A DNA stretch of 63,797 nucleotides, filler included, from Guillardia theta CCMP2712 (GCF_000315625.1; 6 parts of 6 records of this genome joined end to end with filler, not necessarily neighbours in it), one strand, 5' to 3'. Shown: positions 48,364 to 62,612, counted from the whole stretch's first letter. The notes: a model not told the origin generated them from the letters alone. Program-made: numbers and translations.

Positions 48364-51300
48364 TATCTGAGTGCATCCCATGTCCCAAGGGTAAATATTG
48401 CTTCAGACAGGGATTGCACTCTCCCACGGGAGATTGCTTTGCTGGTCACCTGTGTCTTCAGGGAGCGATCTTCCCTAACGAGACCGTCAATGCCTCTGCT
48501 CTCTTCGGCCAGCGGCTCTCTTTCCCTTGTCCGCCCGGCTACTTCTGCACCACGGGAACGACAGCGCCGACGCCATGTCCTCCCGGTACTTTCTGTCAAG
48601 GCAGCAACAGCCAGCCCGATCCTTGCGCCGCAGGGACGTTCAATCGTAACTTCACTGCTACCAGCTGCAGCCAGTGTGCCGCGGGATACATTTGTAGCCC
48701 AGGCGGAGTAGCAGACTACGTGGCAGGGACGTACTACGCGGCTCCCTCGTTGTATGCCTGCGCGAATGAGAGCGGCGGCGCGGTAGCATGGACACAAGAG
48801 ACAGCAACTAATGGGACATACGTGGCTGGAGACGTCGTGACAGATGTAGACGGTAACGCGTATGTGAGCGGAACCGTGTCAAGGGCGAGCGAGGGAGTCT
48901 ATGAGGTGGTTCTGACCAAGTATAGTACAGCTGGGAGAGAAGTATGGACGAGTGTGCTGAGCTCGGAGAGCTCTCCGGCATCAGCCCAAGGGATGGCAGT
49001 CGCAAGCGCGGGGTCTCTGTACGTAGGGATCAATCGGGAGGGGGGATGGTCGGTGTTTAAGGTGAGCAGCTGCGGGCAGCAAGAATGGAGAGTGGACGAT
49101 GCAGACTCTCTCGAGGACCAGGCGCGGCTCGGGCTGGCGGTGGGAAGCGACGTAGTACTAGTCGCTTGGACCAACGTCTCTGGAAGTACCACTGTCCGGC
49201 AGTACACGATGGAGGGGAAGCTGGCGTGGGAGAGGGTCATGATAGCGGGAGCCGCAGGGGCGAAGGTCATAGCGACAGGGCTTGGGGCTGACGCAGCGGG
49301 GGGCGGCTTCATGGTGGGGATGTACGAGGGACAGTTTGCAGGGCAATATGCCGAGGGGGGATGGGATGGGTTTCTGCTTAGATTTGGCGTCGACGGACAT
49401 ACTGTTTGGATATCGAAATTTGGTTCTGTGTCTTCGGACGTTGTTCGAGGGTTAACAGTGGAAGGGAGTGGTATGTTTGCTTATGTTTATGGACATTTTG
49501 GAATGACAAATCAGTCAGTTGTTCTCAATGGTCTCATGTCGTCTGGTGGCATTGATGGTTTTTTGATCAAGTTTGCTAATGATGGTACCAAAAATTGGAC
49601 ATACATAGAGCAATCTCCAGGACGGTCGAGCAGAATCGATGGATGTGCCATAGACGAATTTCAATCTCTTTATCTTTCTGTTTTCTATTCATCGACGTCA
49701 GTCGAAAATTGCTCTGAGGTCAACTCGCTCTACGTCGTAAAGCTTTCTCAAGATCAGTCATTGTATTGGAAACGATTATCTTATGCAAATATCTTTCCTA
49801 ACAATACAGCAATTGCATACCAATCAAATCGGTCGTTTTCAGTATTTTCAATCAATGCTTCGAATTGTAAACTAAGTCCCTGTGCTTTGTTGGGAATTGT
49901 TGTGTATGATACCATTCCTACTTGTAATTCTCTCACAATAGGGGGATCGTTTCTGTGTCCGCCCGGATTTTTCTGCAAGAAAGGCATACCTAATCTAGAA
50001 AGTTCTAGATGTCCAGAAGGAACATTCAGCGATCAATATGGACTGATCAACATATCTTTCTGCAGATCGTGCACTCCAGGAATGTTTTGCAATAGAGCTG
50101 GCTTATCCACGCCGACAGACTATTGTGCCGCAGGCCATTATTGCATAGAAGGATCTAAGGATGCGGCAGGTTCCTCGTGTGATGACAGGTCCATAGCCTG
50201 CAACGAAGCTACTTGCTTTCCGCTTCAATTACACGCTTGTGGTGGAGCGTGTCAAGAAGGATTCTTTTGTCCTCCTGGTAGCTCAAGGCCATTGATTTGC
50301 CCTGCCGGCAAGTACTGTGCGTACGCTAAGGCATCTTCCCCAACTGGAAATTGTTCTGCTGGTTACTTTTGCAGCATACCAGGAAATCAAAATTTCAAGC
50401 CTGATCCAAACAACGGAACTGCGGGACCCTGTCCTCCTGGTACTTACTGCCCGTCTGGATCGGATTTTCCAAAACCATGTCCTGCAGGAACGTTTTCAAA
50501 CAGATCTAAAAACGTTCAGCTTGAACAATGCTCACTGTGTCCGCCAGGACATTATTGTCCAAGCGAAGGAACCGTAGTCCCACAAGCATGTGACGAGGGA
50601 TATTACTGTCCCCCTGGTATGATAGCAGGAAATCCAGCAACTTACATCTGTCCAAAAGGTTCATATTGCACAAGAGGAAGCAGAGAACCAATGCCATGTC
50701 CAGTTGGAACGTACAATGACCTCATACAAAACGAAAGATGCATGCCATGTCCACAAAAATTTACATGCCCTGTATCCAATACACAGCAACCGTTTGACTG
50801 CCCCGCAGGTCACTACTGCCCTGAGAATAACTCCTTGCCCGTACCATGCCCGGAAGGCTCCTTCAGCGCTGATCAAAACCTCGCCTCTGCTGGCGAGTGT
50901 ACAGCCTGTCTTCCGGGCAAGTACTGCGGCACATCAGGGCTCCGGTCGCCCACGGGAGATTGCTTTGCTGGTCACCTGTGTCTTCAGGGAGCGATCTTCC
51001 CTAACGAGACCGTCAATGCCTCTGCTCTCTTCGGCCAGCGGCTCTCTTTCCCTTGTCCGCCCGGCTACTTCTGCACCACGGGAACGACAGCGCCGACGCC
51101 ATGTCCTCCCGGTACTTTCTGTCAAGGCAGCAACAGCCAGCCCGATCCTTGCGCCGCAGGGACGTTCAATCGTAACTTCACTGCTACCAGCTGCAGCCAG
51201 TGTGCCGCGGGATACATTTGTAGCCCAGGCGGAGTAGCAGACTACGTGGCAGGGACGTACTACGCGGCTCCCTCGTTGTATGCCTGCGCGAATGAGAGCG

Positions 51301-54300
51301 GCGGCGCGGTAGCATGGACACAAGAGACAGCAACTAATGGGACATACGTGGCTGGAGACGTCGTGACAGATGTAGACGGTAACGCGTATGTGAGCGGAAC
51401 CGTGTCAAGGGCGAGCGAGGGAGTCTATGAGGTGGTTCTGACCAAGTATAGTACAGCTGGGAGAGAAGTATGGACGAGTGTGCTGAGCTCGGAGAGCTCT
51501 CCGGCATCAGCCCAAGGGATGGCAGTCGCAAGCGCGGGGTCTCTGTACGTAGGGATCAATCGGGAGGGGGGATGGTCGGTGTTGAAGGTGAGCAGCTGCG
51601 GGCAGCAAGAATGGAGAGTGGACGATGCAGACTCTCTCGAGGACCAGGCGCGGCTCGGGCTGGCGGTGGGAAGCGACGTAGTACTAGTCGCTTGGACCAA
51701 CGTCTCTGGAAGTACCACTGTCCGGCAGTACACGATGGAGGGGAAGCTGGCGTGGGAGAGGGTCATGATAGCGGGAGCCGCAGGGGCGAAGGTCATAGCG
51801 ACAGGGCTTGGGGCTGACGCAGCGGGGGGCGGCTTCATGGTGGGGATGTACGAGGGACAGTTTGCAGGGCAATATGCCGAGGGGGGATGGGATGGGTTTC
51901 TGCTTAGATTTGGCGTCGACGGACAACAAGGTTGGGTGCGTGCAATCAATGCATATCCTTCTGTCAGTGGCGTTGGAGTGGAGGTCGCGGCTGGCTGGCT
52001 GGTTGTGTATGGTAGAGCTTGGAGCTTGCAGAACAGCACCGATAACGTCAGTGCTGCCCAAGACTCATGCACAGTGGGTATTCGCAGGACTATCTCATCC
52101 CCTGTGTCCGGCGCAAGCGATGTGTTTGTCATCAGGTATGGAGCGGATGGAAACACGACCTGGTCCAAGGCGATTGGTACTTGCGGAAATGATAGACCTG
52201 TAGGGTTAGCGGTTGACAGCTTCGGCGGCATCTACCTACTCGGCCAGTCGCCTGCGGACGCGAGCCGAGGTGGGCCTATAGGCTTCAGCGTCAAGCTGAG
52301 CCGGGGCGGGGACCTACTATGGAAGCAGACTTGGGGACAATCAGCTGAGTCTGCGGGAGGAGGCATCTCCGTAGGCAGCGGTCTGGTCATAGCCGCCATG
52401 GACAGCTACAACTCAAGCTCCGGCTCCAGGTACTCCAACGTCACGGCGTACCTGTCTAATCCGGCTTGCTATGGGCTGAGCGAAGGAGGAAATTTCGTTT
52501 GCCCCCCCGGTCATTTCTGTGTGGAGGGTCTCAAGTCTCTTGCGGAAGGAGCCTGTCCCCCCGGAACGTACAGCAACCGCTCGGGTCTTGCAAGCTTCTC
52601 TGAGTGCGAGAGCTGCTTGCCAGGCATGTATTGCAGCGAGTGGGGGTTGACAGCGCCTACAGGACCTTGCGCAGCAGGTTTCTACTGTACAAGCGGAGCA
52701 GCAGATCCCAACGCCAGCATGTGCGACCCCCGCAGCGTCTCGAGCGTGCTCACATGTGCGACATCGCTGCTCTACAAGGAGTGCTCGCCCAACCTGACCT
52801 GTGGAGGAATATGTCCCGCAGGGTACTTTTGTCCTGTAGGCTCCCCTACACCCACGGCATGCACTCCGGGCTATTATTGCGACAAAGACGGGCAGGGCAT
52901 TGTTTCAGGGCCTTGCTCTTCGGGCTACTTTTGTGGCTATAGCTCTGGAGGAGCAGGAGCTAGCACACCGACGCCGGACTCTGCGGACAGTCGGGGGCCT
53001 TGTCCTGTCGGATACTACTGTCCCGAAGGAACTGTATATCCGATCCCATGTCCCAAGGGCACTTTCAGGCCGTACTTGAAAGGGCAGGCCAACAGCTCGT
53101 GCCTGGCATGTACGCCAGGATTCTACTGTCCCGTCCAAGGTCTCTCCAACGTGTCTGGGTATCCATGCAGCGGGGGCTTCTACTGTCCTGGAGGTCAGTC
53201 GACCGGGACGCCATCCGGGTATCAGTGCCCAGTTGGTCACGAATGTCCCGAGGGGAGCAAGAGTCCCAAGACTTGTCCTCCGGCTTACTACCAGAACGAC
53301 GTCGGGCAGTCCGCCTGCAAAGTGTGCGAGGCGGGCTACTACTGCACGGGGAGCCCCGACCTGAACAGCGGCAGCGGGGCAGTGATCTGTCCGACTGGAT
53401 ACTACTGCCCTGCGGGGTCCGCCGAGAAGCTGTCGTGTAGTCCTGGGACCTACATGCCCAGGACGGGCGAGTCCGCGTGCTGGAGCTGCCCAGCTCAGTC
53501 CACGTGTCCCGAAGAAGGCATGAGCAGTCCATTGCCATGCCCCGCAGGTCACTACTGCCCCGAGAATAACTCCTTGCCCGTACCATGCCCGGAAGGCTCC
53601 TTCAGCGCTGATCAAAACCTCGCCTCTGCTGGCGAGTGTACAGCCTGTCTTCCGGGCAAGTACTGCGGCACATCAGGGCTCCGGTCGCCCACGGGAGATT
53701 GCTTTGCTGGTCACCTGTGTCTTCAGGGAGCGATCTTCCCTAACGAGACCGTCAATGCCTCTGCTCTCTTCGGCCAGCGGCTCTCTTTCCCTTGTCCGCC
53801 CGGCTACTTCTGCACCACGGGAACGACAGCGCCGACGCCATGTCCTCCCGGTACTTTCTGTCAAGGCAGCAACAGCCAGCCCGATCCTTGCGCCGCAGGG
53901 ACGTTCAATCGTAACTTCACTGCTACCAGCTGCAGCCAGTGTGCCGCGGGATACATTTGTAGCCCAGGCGGAGTAGCAGACTACGTGGCAGGGACGTACT
54001 ACGCGGCTCCCTCGTTGTATGCCTGCGCGAATGAGAGCGGCGGCGCGGTAGCATGGACACAAGAGACAGCAACTAATGGGACATACGTGGCTGGAGACGT
54101 CGTGACAGATGTAGACGGTAACGCGTATGTGAGCGGAACCGTGTCAAGGGCGAGCGAGGGAGTCTATGAGGTGGTTCTGACCAAGTATAGTACAGCTGGG
54201 AGAGAAGTATGGACGAGTGTGCTGAGCTCGGAGAGCTCTCCGGCATCAGCCCAAGGGATGGCAGTCGCAAGCGCGGGGTCTCTGTACGTAGGGATCAATC

Positions 54301-57300
54301 GGGAGGGGGGATGGTCGGTGTTTAAGGTGAGCAGCTGCGGGCAGCAAGAATGGAGAGTGGACGATGCAGACTCTCTCGAGGACCAGGCGCGGCTCGGGCT
54401 GGCGGTGGGAAGCGACGTAGTACTAGTCGCTTGGACCAACGTCTCTGGAAGTACCACTGTCCGGCAGTACACGATGGAGGGGAAGCTGGCGTGGGAGAGG
54501 GTCATGATAGCGGGAGCCGCAGGGGCGAAGGTCATAGCGACAGGGCTTGGGGCTGACGCAGCGGGGGGCGGCTTCATGGTGGGGATGTACGAGGGACAGT
54601 TTGCAGGGCAATATGCCGAGGGGGGATGGGATGGGTTTCTGCTTAGATTTGGCGTCGACGGACAACAAGGTTGGGTGCGTGCAATCAATGCATATCCTTC
54701 TGTCAGTGGCGTTGGAGTGGAGGTCGCGGCTGGCTGGCTGGTTGTGTATGGTAGAGCTTGGAGCTTGCAGAACAGCACCGATAACGTCAGTGCTGCCCAA
54801 GACTCATGCACAGTGGGTATTCGCAGGACTATCTCATCCCCTGTGTCCGGCGCAAGCGATGTGTTTGTCATCAGGTATGGAGCGGATGGAAACACGACCT
54901 GGTCCAAGGCGATTGGTACTTGCGGAAATGATAGACCTGTAGGGTTAGCGGTTGACAGCTTCGGCGGCATCTACCTACTCGGCCAGTCGCCTGCGGACGC
55001 GAGCCGAGGTGGGCCTATAGGCTTCAGCGTCAAGCTGAGCCGGGGCGGGGACCTACTATGGAAGCAGACTTGGGGACAATCAGCTGAGTCTGCGGGAGGA
55101 GGCATCTCCGTAGGCAGCGGTCTGGTCATAGCCGCCATGGACAGCTACAACTCAAGCTCCGGCTCCAGGTACTCCAACGTCACGGCGTACCTGTCTAATC
55201 CGGCTTGCTATGGGCTGAGCGAAGGAGGAAATTTCGTTTGCCCCCCCGGTCATTTCTGTGTGGAGGGTCTCAAGTCTCTTGCGGAAGGAGCCTGTCCCCC
55301 CGGAACGTACAGCAACCGCTCGGGTCTTGCAAGCTTCTCTGAGTGCGAGAGCTGCTTGCCAGGCATGTATTGCAGCGAGTGGGGGTTGGCAGCGCCTACA
55401 GGACCTTGCGCAGCAGGTTTCTACTGTACAAGCGGAGCAGCAGATCCCAACGCCAGCATGTGCGACCCCCGCAGCGTCTCGAGCGTGCTCACATGTGCGA
55501 CATCGCTGCTCTACAAGGAGTGCTCGCCCAACCTGACCTGTGGAGGAATATGTCCCGCAGGGTACTTTTGTCCTGTAGGCTCCCCTACACCCACGGCATG
55601 CACTCCGGGCTATTATTGCGACAAAGACGGGCAGGGCATTGTTTCAGGGCCTTGCTCTTCGGGCTACTTTTGTGGCTATAGCTCTGGAGGAGCAGGAGCT
55701 AGCACACCGACGCCGGACTCTGCGGACAGTCGGGGGCCTTGTCCTGTCGGATACTACTGTCCCGAAGGAACTGTATATCCGATCCCATGTCCCAAGGGCA
55801 CTTTCAGGCCGTACTTGAAAGGGCAGGCCAACAGCTCGTGCCTGGCATGTACGCCAGGATTCTACTGTCCCGTCCAAGGTCTCTCCAACGTGTCTGGGTA
55901 TCCATGCAGCGGGGGCTTCTACTGTCCTGGAGGTCAGTCGACCGGGACGCCATCCGGGTATCAGTGCCCAGTTGGTCACGAATGTCCCGAGGGGAGCAAG
56001 AGTCCCAAGACTTGTCCTCCGGCTTACTACCAGAACGACGTCGGGCAGTCCGCCTGCAAAGTGTGCGAGGCGGGCTACTACTGCACGGGGAGCCCCGACC
56101 TGAACAGCGGCAGCGGGGCAGTGATCTGTCCGACTGGATACTACTGCCCTGCGGGGTCCGCCGAGAAGCTGTCGTGTAGTCCTGGGACCTACATGCCCAG
56201 GACGGGCGAGTCCGCGTGCTGGAGCTGCCCAGCTCAGTCCACGTGTCCCGAAGAAGGCATGAGCAGTCCATTGCCATGCCCCGCAGGTCACTACTGCCCC
56301 GAGAATAACTCCTTGCCCGTACCATGCCCGGAAGGCTCCTTCAGCGCTGATCAAAACCTCGCCTCTGCTGGCGAGTGTACAGCCTGTCTTCCGGGCAAGT
56401 ACTGCGGCACATCAGGGCTCCGGTCGCCCACGGGAGATTGCTTTGCTGGTCACCTGTGTCTTCAGGGAGCGATCTTCCCTAACGAGACCGTCAATGCCTC
56501 TGCTCTCTTCGGCCAGCGGCTCTCTTTCCCTTGTCCGCCCGGCTACTTCTGCACCACGGGAACGACAGCGCCGACGCCATGTCCTCCCGGTCATTTCTGT
56601 GTTGAGGGTCTCAAGTCTCTTGCGGAAGGAGCCTGTCCCCCCGGAACGTACAGCAACCGCTCGGGTCTTGCAAGCTTCTCTGAGTGCGAGAGCTGCTTGC
56701 CAGGCATGTATTGCAGCGAGTGGGGGTTGGCAGCGCCTACAGGACCTTGCGCAGCAGGTTTCTACTGTACAAGCGGAGCAGCAGATCCCAACGCCAGCAT
56801 GTGCGACCCCCGCAGCGTCTCGAGCGTGCTCACATGTGCGACATCGCTGCTCTACAAGGAGTGCTCGCCCAACCTGACCTGTGGAGGAATATGTCCCGCA
56901 GGGTACTTTTGTCCTGTAGGCTCCCCTACACCCACGGCATGCACTCCGGGCTATTATTGCGACAAAGACGGGCAGGGCATTGTTTCAGGGCCTTGCTCTT
57001 CGGGCTACTTTTGTGGCTATAGCTCTGGAGGAGCAGGAGCTAGCACACCGACGCCGGACTCTGCGGACAGTCGGGGGCCTTGTCCTGTCGGATACTACTG
57101 TCCCGAAGGAACTGTATATCCGATCCCATGTCCCAAGGGCACTTTCAGGCCGTACTTGAAAGGGCAGGCCAACAGCTCGTGCCTGGCATGTACGCCAGGA
57201 TTCTACTGTCCCGTCCAAGGTCTCTCCAACGTGTCTGGGTATCCATGCAGCGGGGGCTTCTACTGTCCTGGAGGTCAGTCGACCGGGACGCCATCCGGGT

Positions 57301-58277
57301 ATCAGTGCCCAGTTGGTCACGAATGTCCCGAGGGGAGCAAGAGTCCCAAGACTTGTCCTCCGGCTTACTACCAGAACGACGTCGGGCAGTCCGCCTGCAA
57401 AGTGTGCGAGGCGGGCTACTACTGCACGGGGAGCCCCGACCTGAACAGCGGCAGCGGGGCAGTGATCTGTCCGACTGGATACTACTGCCCTGCGGGGTCC
57501 GCCGAGAAGCTGTCGTGTAGTCCTGGGACCTACATGCCCAGGACGGGCGAGTCCGCGTGCTGGAGCTGCCCAGCTCAGTCCACGTGTCCCGAAGAAGGCA
57601 TGAGCAGTCCATTGCCATGCCCCGCAGGTCACTACTGCCCCGAGAATAACTCCTTGCCCGTACCATGCCCGGAAGGCTCCTTCAGCGCTGATCAAAACCT
57701 CGCCTCTGCTGGCGAGTGTACAGCCTGTCTTCCGGGCAAGTACTGCGGCACATCAGGGCTCCGGTCGCCCACGGGAGATTGCTTTGCTGGTCACCTGTGT
57801 CTTCAGGGAGCGATCTTCCCTAACGAGACCGTCAATGCCTCTGCTCTCTTCGGCCAGCGGCTCTCTTTCCCTTGTCCGCCCGGCTACTTCTGCACCACGG
57901 GAACGACAGCGCCGACGCCATGTCCTCCCGGTCATTTCTGTGTTGAGGGTCTCAAGTCTCTTGCGGAAGGAGCCTGTCCCCCCGGAACGTACAGCAACCG
58001 CTCGGGTCTTGCAAGCTTCTCTGAGTGCGAGAGCTGCTTGCCAGGCATGTATTGCAGCGAGTGGGGGTTGACAGCGCCTACAGGACCTTGCGCAGCAGGT
58101 TTCTACTGTACAAGCGGAGCAGCAGATCCCAACGCCAGCATGTGCGACCCCCGCAGCGTCTCGAGCGTGCTCACATGTGCGACATCGCTGCTCTACAAGG
58201 AGTGCTCGCCCAACCTGACCTGTGGAGGAATATGTCCCGCAGGGTACTTTTGTCCTGTAGGCTCCCCTACACCCACG
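48364..58277 (+). CDS. Giant intronless Cys-rich repeat protein (GCC2/GCC3 / ephrin-receptor-like CPxGxYC repeats alternating with SBBP-like beta-propeller modules); open at both ends
   Basis: ~3300-aa uninterrupted ORF with very many CPxG(Y/H/F)(Y/F)C repeats; blades such as DVVTDVDGNAYVSG..VVLTKYSTAGREVW; many N-glycosylation sequons. Confidence 0.9.
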
Positions 58278-58377
58278 NNNNNNNNNNNNNNNNNNNNNNN
58301 NNNNNNNNNNNNNNNNNNNNNTTAATTAATTAANNNNNNNNNNNNNNNNNNNNNNNNNNNNNNNNNNNNNNNNNNNN

Positions 58378-59566
58378 TAAGGAGTGTTCTCACCCGATCA
58401 GGTTGTAGTTGACGGACAGAATTTCAAGGTGAACGAAGCTCTGGACATGAAAGTTCATCTCAGCGGCTGTGAGATCGTGATGTTCATTATCACCGCAAAG
58501 CTCGCGGGGATGTCCTGGATGGCATTTGCGTTCAACCAAAGTGTCCTACATTGCCATGCAGTCAATCGGTGAAGATGATGGTGATTGAGACATTTTTGAT
58601 CATCATCATTACTACCACCACCATAGATCTTTCCCACTCTTCTTCTCCTCCTGCTCCTGCTCCTGGCTCTGCTCTTCCTCTTCCTCTTCCTGTTCCTTCT
58701 TCTGCTCCTCCTCCTCCTCATTATGATCAGTGGCATCATCACAGCCATAATCGCATGAAAATAAGCAAGGATAGTAAAACTTCTCATCACTCACTTCAAA
58801 CTTCGCAAGTTGCCGAGGTCATCCGGTATTTCTCTGAGCAGGTTGGACGTCAGCCAAAGGTGCTCCAAGTGAGGTAAGCGAAGCTGCAGGAAACCGTCAC
58901 ACACCATCATCCACCTGCTGCTGCTGCTGTTCCTCCTCCTCCTCCTCCTCCTTCTCCTCCTCCTCCTTCTCCTCCCCCTCCCTCCTCTCCTTTCCTCCAG
59001 TAATCATCCGCTGCATCGCCAAACATGCTCAACCTGTGGAGGCTCATTCTTCGTCGAGCTGCTTCTTCCTATCTGCACGTTGTCTGCCATCAACATCACA
59101 CCATGTTGTTTCCTCCAAGACAAACTACCTATTGAACCTCTCAGCCGCGCTGACTTGGCATCGTAGGACGGCTTGCCCTCGAGCTTGCCTGCCCTGCAAC
59201 ATGACGGCAACATCAGCTTGCTCGAGAAGAACCTCCTCCTCCTCTCACTGTTGCCTCGGTCTCAGGTATCCTCCGAGGTCCTCAACCTCTGCTCCAGCTG
59301 CTCTCCCTTGTCATCCCCAAGATACTTGACAGGATAGGTGAAACTCTTACTGAGCAGGTTGAAACTAAGATCCAAGGCCTTGACCGGCTCCCGCTGCGCC
59401 AGGTCGAAGATCTCCCTGCCATGGCGCTCGTCAGTCGTGCACCATGACGCATGCTGTGGTACTTGGGTATCTCCTGAAGTTTCTTTCTGCTGTAAACGAC
59501 ACCTGAGCTCTGCGTGTCTTCCATCTTCCGGGGTCATCTGACCATTGCAAGGAGTTGTTGACATGT
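58378..59566 (-). CDS. Leucine-rich-repeat protein, 5' part; multi-exon
   Basis: VKALDLSFNLL, LEHLWLTSNLLREIPDDLGNLRSL, TLWLNANAIQDIPASF, LEILSVNYNLI. Confidence 0.75.
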
Positions 59567-60413
59567 CAAGTTACCAACACGCGAAAATATGTAACAGTAC
59601 AACAAAAAAAAACAGATAACAACAACATGAAATCTTTGCAGAACAAAAAAACACGTAAAAACGCTTGTATCACACAGTGTGTCCAACAAAACATTCTTCT
59701 TCGTGAGCACAGCATGATCATCGCAGCATGATTGTACGAGAGAGCGTAACGAGACAGCAAGAGGCCGCATCTCACAGCATCTCCAGACAAGTTTCGACTC
59801 TCTTACTTCCTCTTTGATGCCATTTCTTTCCTCCGGCGCCCTTCACCTCCCGCTTTCCCGCCATTCCTTCCTAGCCACCATAATGCCTTGACCGGAAATT
59901 GGGTATGAGGGGGATGAAAAGTGGTTTATAGTGGGGATGAGGGATGGGGTACAACGGCTCCCGGCATGGAAATGAAGGATCAGAGGCAAGGAACGGAGAG
60001 GGAGTGAGAGGAGGTGGAGAGCGAGGAGGGAGGAGGAAGGAGAGAGAGGAGAGAGAGAGGAGAGAGAAGAGAGGACGGAGCGAATGAGCGGGACGATGAT
60101 GCGAAGCATGCTTACAAGATGGAGAGAGTCTAGATGGTTGAAATGCCCTGAGTTTGAAGGGCTTCACTAGCTGAAGTCTGCTAGGGAGGCACAAAGGGTC
60201 AAGCAGGCAAAGAAAATTTTGCAGTCTCTGAAGAAACAGCAGTTCAAGAGTGATTCACATCGCACGGAGACGTCCAGGCCTCAAACTTCAACTTCATTCC
60301 TGGCGAATCAAACATACCCGCCTTGTTTCAATTCGAACGAACCTCGAACCGTCAGAATGCCGAAACTCTCCTGCTGATCTTCTTCAGAAGCTTCTGACAA
60401 CTCAAGACAGACC

Positions 60414-62142
60414 ATGGCTTCATCAGAGAACGTGCGTGTCATCCTCCGAGTTCGCCCTCAGACGTCCAAGGAAGCAGAAAGAGGGGAAGACGAAGTGATC
60501 CGCTGCATATCGGATCAGTCGATCCAGGTTTACGACCCCACACAAGTGAGAGGAGGACGGGCCAGCACGGCCCTTGCGTACCAGTTCGAGCAATGCTTCG
60601 GTCCCACGTGCATGCAGGACGAGCTCTTCTCCCGCTGCGGGGTCAAGACTCTACTCGACCACGTCCTCGATGGGTACTCGGCTACAGTGATCGCCTACGG
60701 GCCGACGGGGTCGGGGAAGACCTTCTCCATCGCAGGCAAGCCGGACAGCATCGTGAGGAACGGGACGGGGGACGGGACGGACGGGCTGGTGATCAGGAGC
60801 ATTGAGAGCTTGTTCGACAAGATCAGGGAGCGGCAGCGGGACGGGCTGCAGTTCAAGGTCAGGACGAGCTGCGTGGAGATACATAACGACGCTGTCATCG
60901 ACCTCCTACGGTCGTCGAGGAAGCAGAAGGGGTGCGAGACGCTGCCGGTGAAGTTCGACACGGCCAGGGGGTCGTTCTTTGTCCAGGACCTCTCGTACGG
61001 CAAGTGCCCGTCCGAGGAAGAGATCCTGCGGCTGTACATGAAATCGCTGAGAAACCGCAGCGTTGCTGCCCACGAGATGAACCGAGACTCGTCTCGTTCC
61101 CATGCTCTCTTCACCGTCTATGTTGACTCCATGGTGAGGATGCTCTCCCTTCCTGCTCGCAACTGCTGACGGGTTGAGCAAGGTGAGGCAAGACTCTGGT
61201 CACATTGTGACCAGGCACGGCAAGATGACGTTCGTGGATCTGGCGGGGAGTGAGAGGCGAGTGAAAACTTTCCAATATCTACACCGATGTCTCCTTCTCC
61301 TCCTCCTCCTCCTCCTCGTCCTCCTCGTCCTCCTCGTCCTCCTCGTCCTCCTCGTCCTCCTCGACACTTTTGTCGGCCTCACACGCATTCTCCTCCTCCC
61401 CATCCGCTTTGTCCCTCTTGCTTCCCTTCCTACTTCGTGTCTCTTTCCGTTCCCTCCTCTCCCACAACCTCCCTGTGCTCGCTCATTGCTTTTTCACTCC
61501 CTCCCTTTCTCCTTCGCCCTCCTCCTCAAACGCGGCAACCAGGTTGAAGGATTCCAAGTCGGAAGGCTCAACTCTGAGGGAGACAGGAAGTATCAATCGC
61601 TCTCTCTTCACCTTGGGGAAAGTTATCTCCTCTCTATGCGATCGCAAGAAGGTCCTCCCTCCCTCCCTCCCTCCCTCCCTCTTTCCTTTGCTCTCCTCTC
61701 TATGCGATCGCAACAAGGTCCTTCCTCCCTCCCTCCCTCCCTCCCTCCCTCCTCCCTTTGCTCTGCCAGCTTGCCTGTCTGCCTTTTCCCTGTTTTGGCC
61801 CGCTTCTCCCTCCCTCATTTCACTTCCCCCGTTCCCTCTGCTCCTACTTCTTTCCATCCTCCGCCGCCACCACTACCACCTCCTCCTCCTCCTCCTTGTC
61901 CTCCTCCTCCTTGTCCTCGTTCTCCTCCTCCTCGTTCTCCTCGTTCTCCTTCTCCTCCTTGTCCTCCTCCTCCTCCTCTCAAGGATTGTGTGCAGGTCAA
62001 AGTTCCCTTCCGAGACTCGAAGCTCACGCAGCTGCTCATGGACTCCATCGGAGGAAGCAGCATGACTCTGATGATTGCCTGCGTCTCTCCCTCCTCCGGC
62101 CACATCAACGAGAGCATGCGAACGCTGGACTATGCCAACAAG
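60414..62142 (+). CDS. Kinesin with N-terminal motor domain, KIF12/kinesin-16-like; 3' end missing
   Basis: [76 protein letters not shown]. Confidence 0.92.
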
Positions 62143-62612
62143 GCGAGCAACGATGATCCCTTCTTCGTCCTCCTCGTCCTCGCCGTCCCCCCCTTTCCTT
62201 CTCCTCTTGATTTTCCTCCTCTTTCTTCGCCACCCCTCTTGCTCATTCTCGCATTTTCNNNNNNNNNNNNNNNNNNNNNNNNNNNNNNNNNNNNNNNNNN
62301 NNTTAATTAATTAANNNNNNNNNNNNNNNNNNNNNNNNNNNNNNNNNNNNNNNNNNNNTTCAGGTGAACGCACCAATGTCGCCGCCAGGGGGGCAGAGCT
62401 TAGTATCAGAGAGAAATAGCACATCATCATCCCCCATCATTTCAAAATCCTAGTTCGCGACCCTTCCAAATCCTCCTCCTCCTCCTCCTCCCATTCTCCC
62501 TAGGTTTCCTGCCCTTCTCCTGTGCTTTCGACTCCTCTACGTCTTCCTGCCTCTATTCAACTCCTCCTCCTCCTCCTCTTGCCCCTCTTCTTCATTCTCA
62601 TCTTGACAACAG

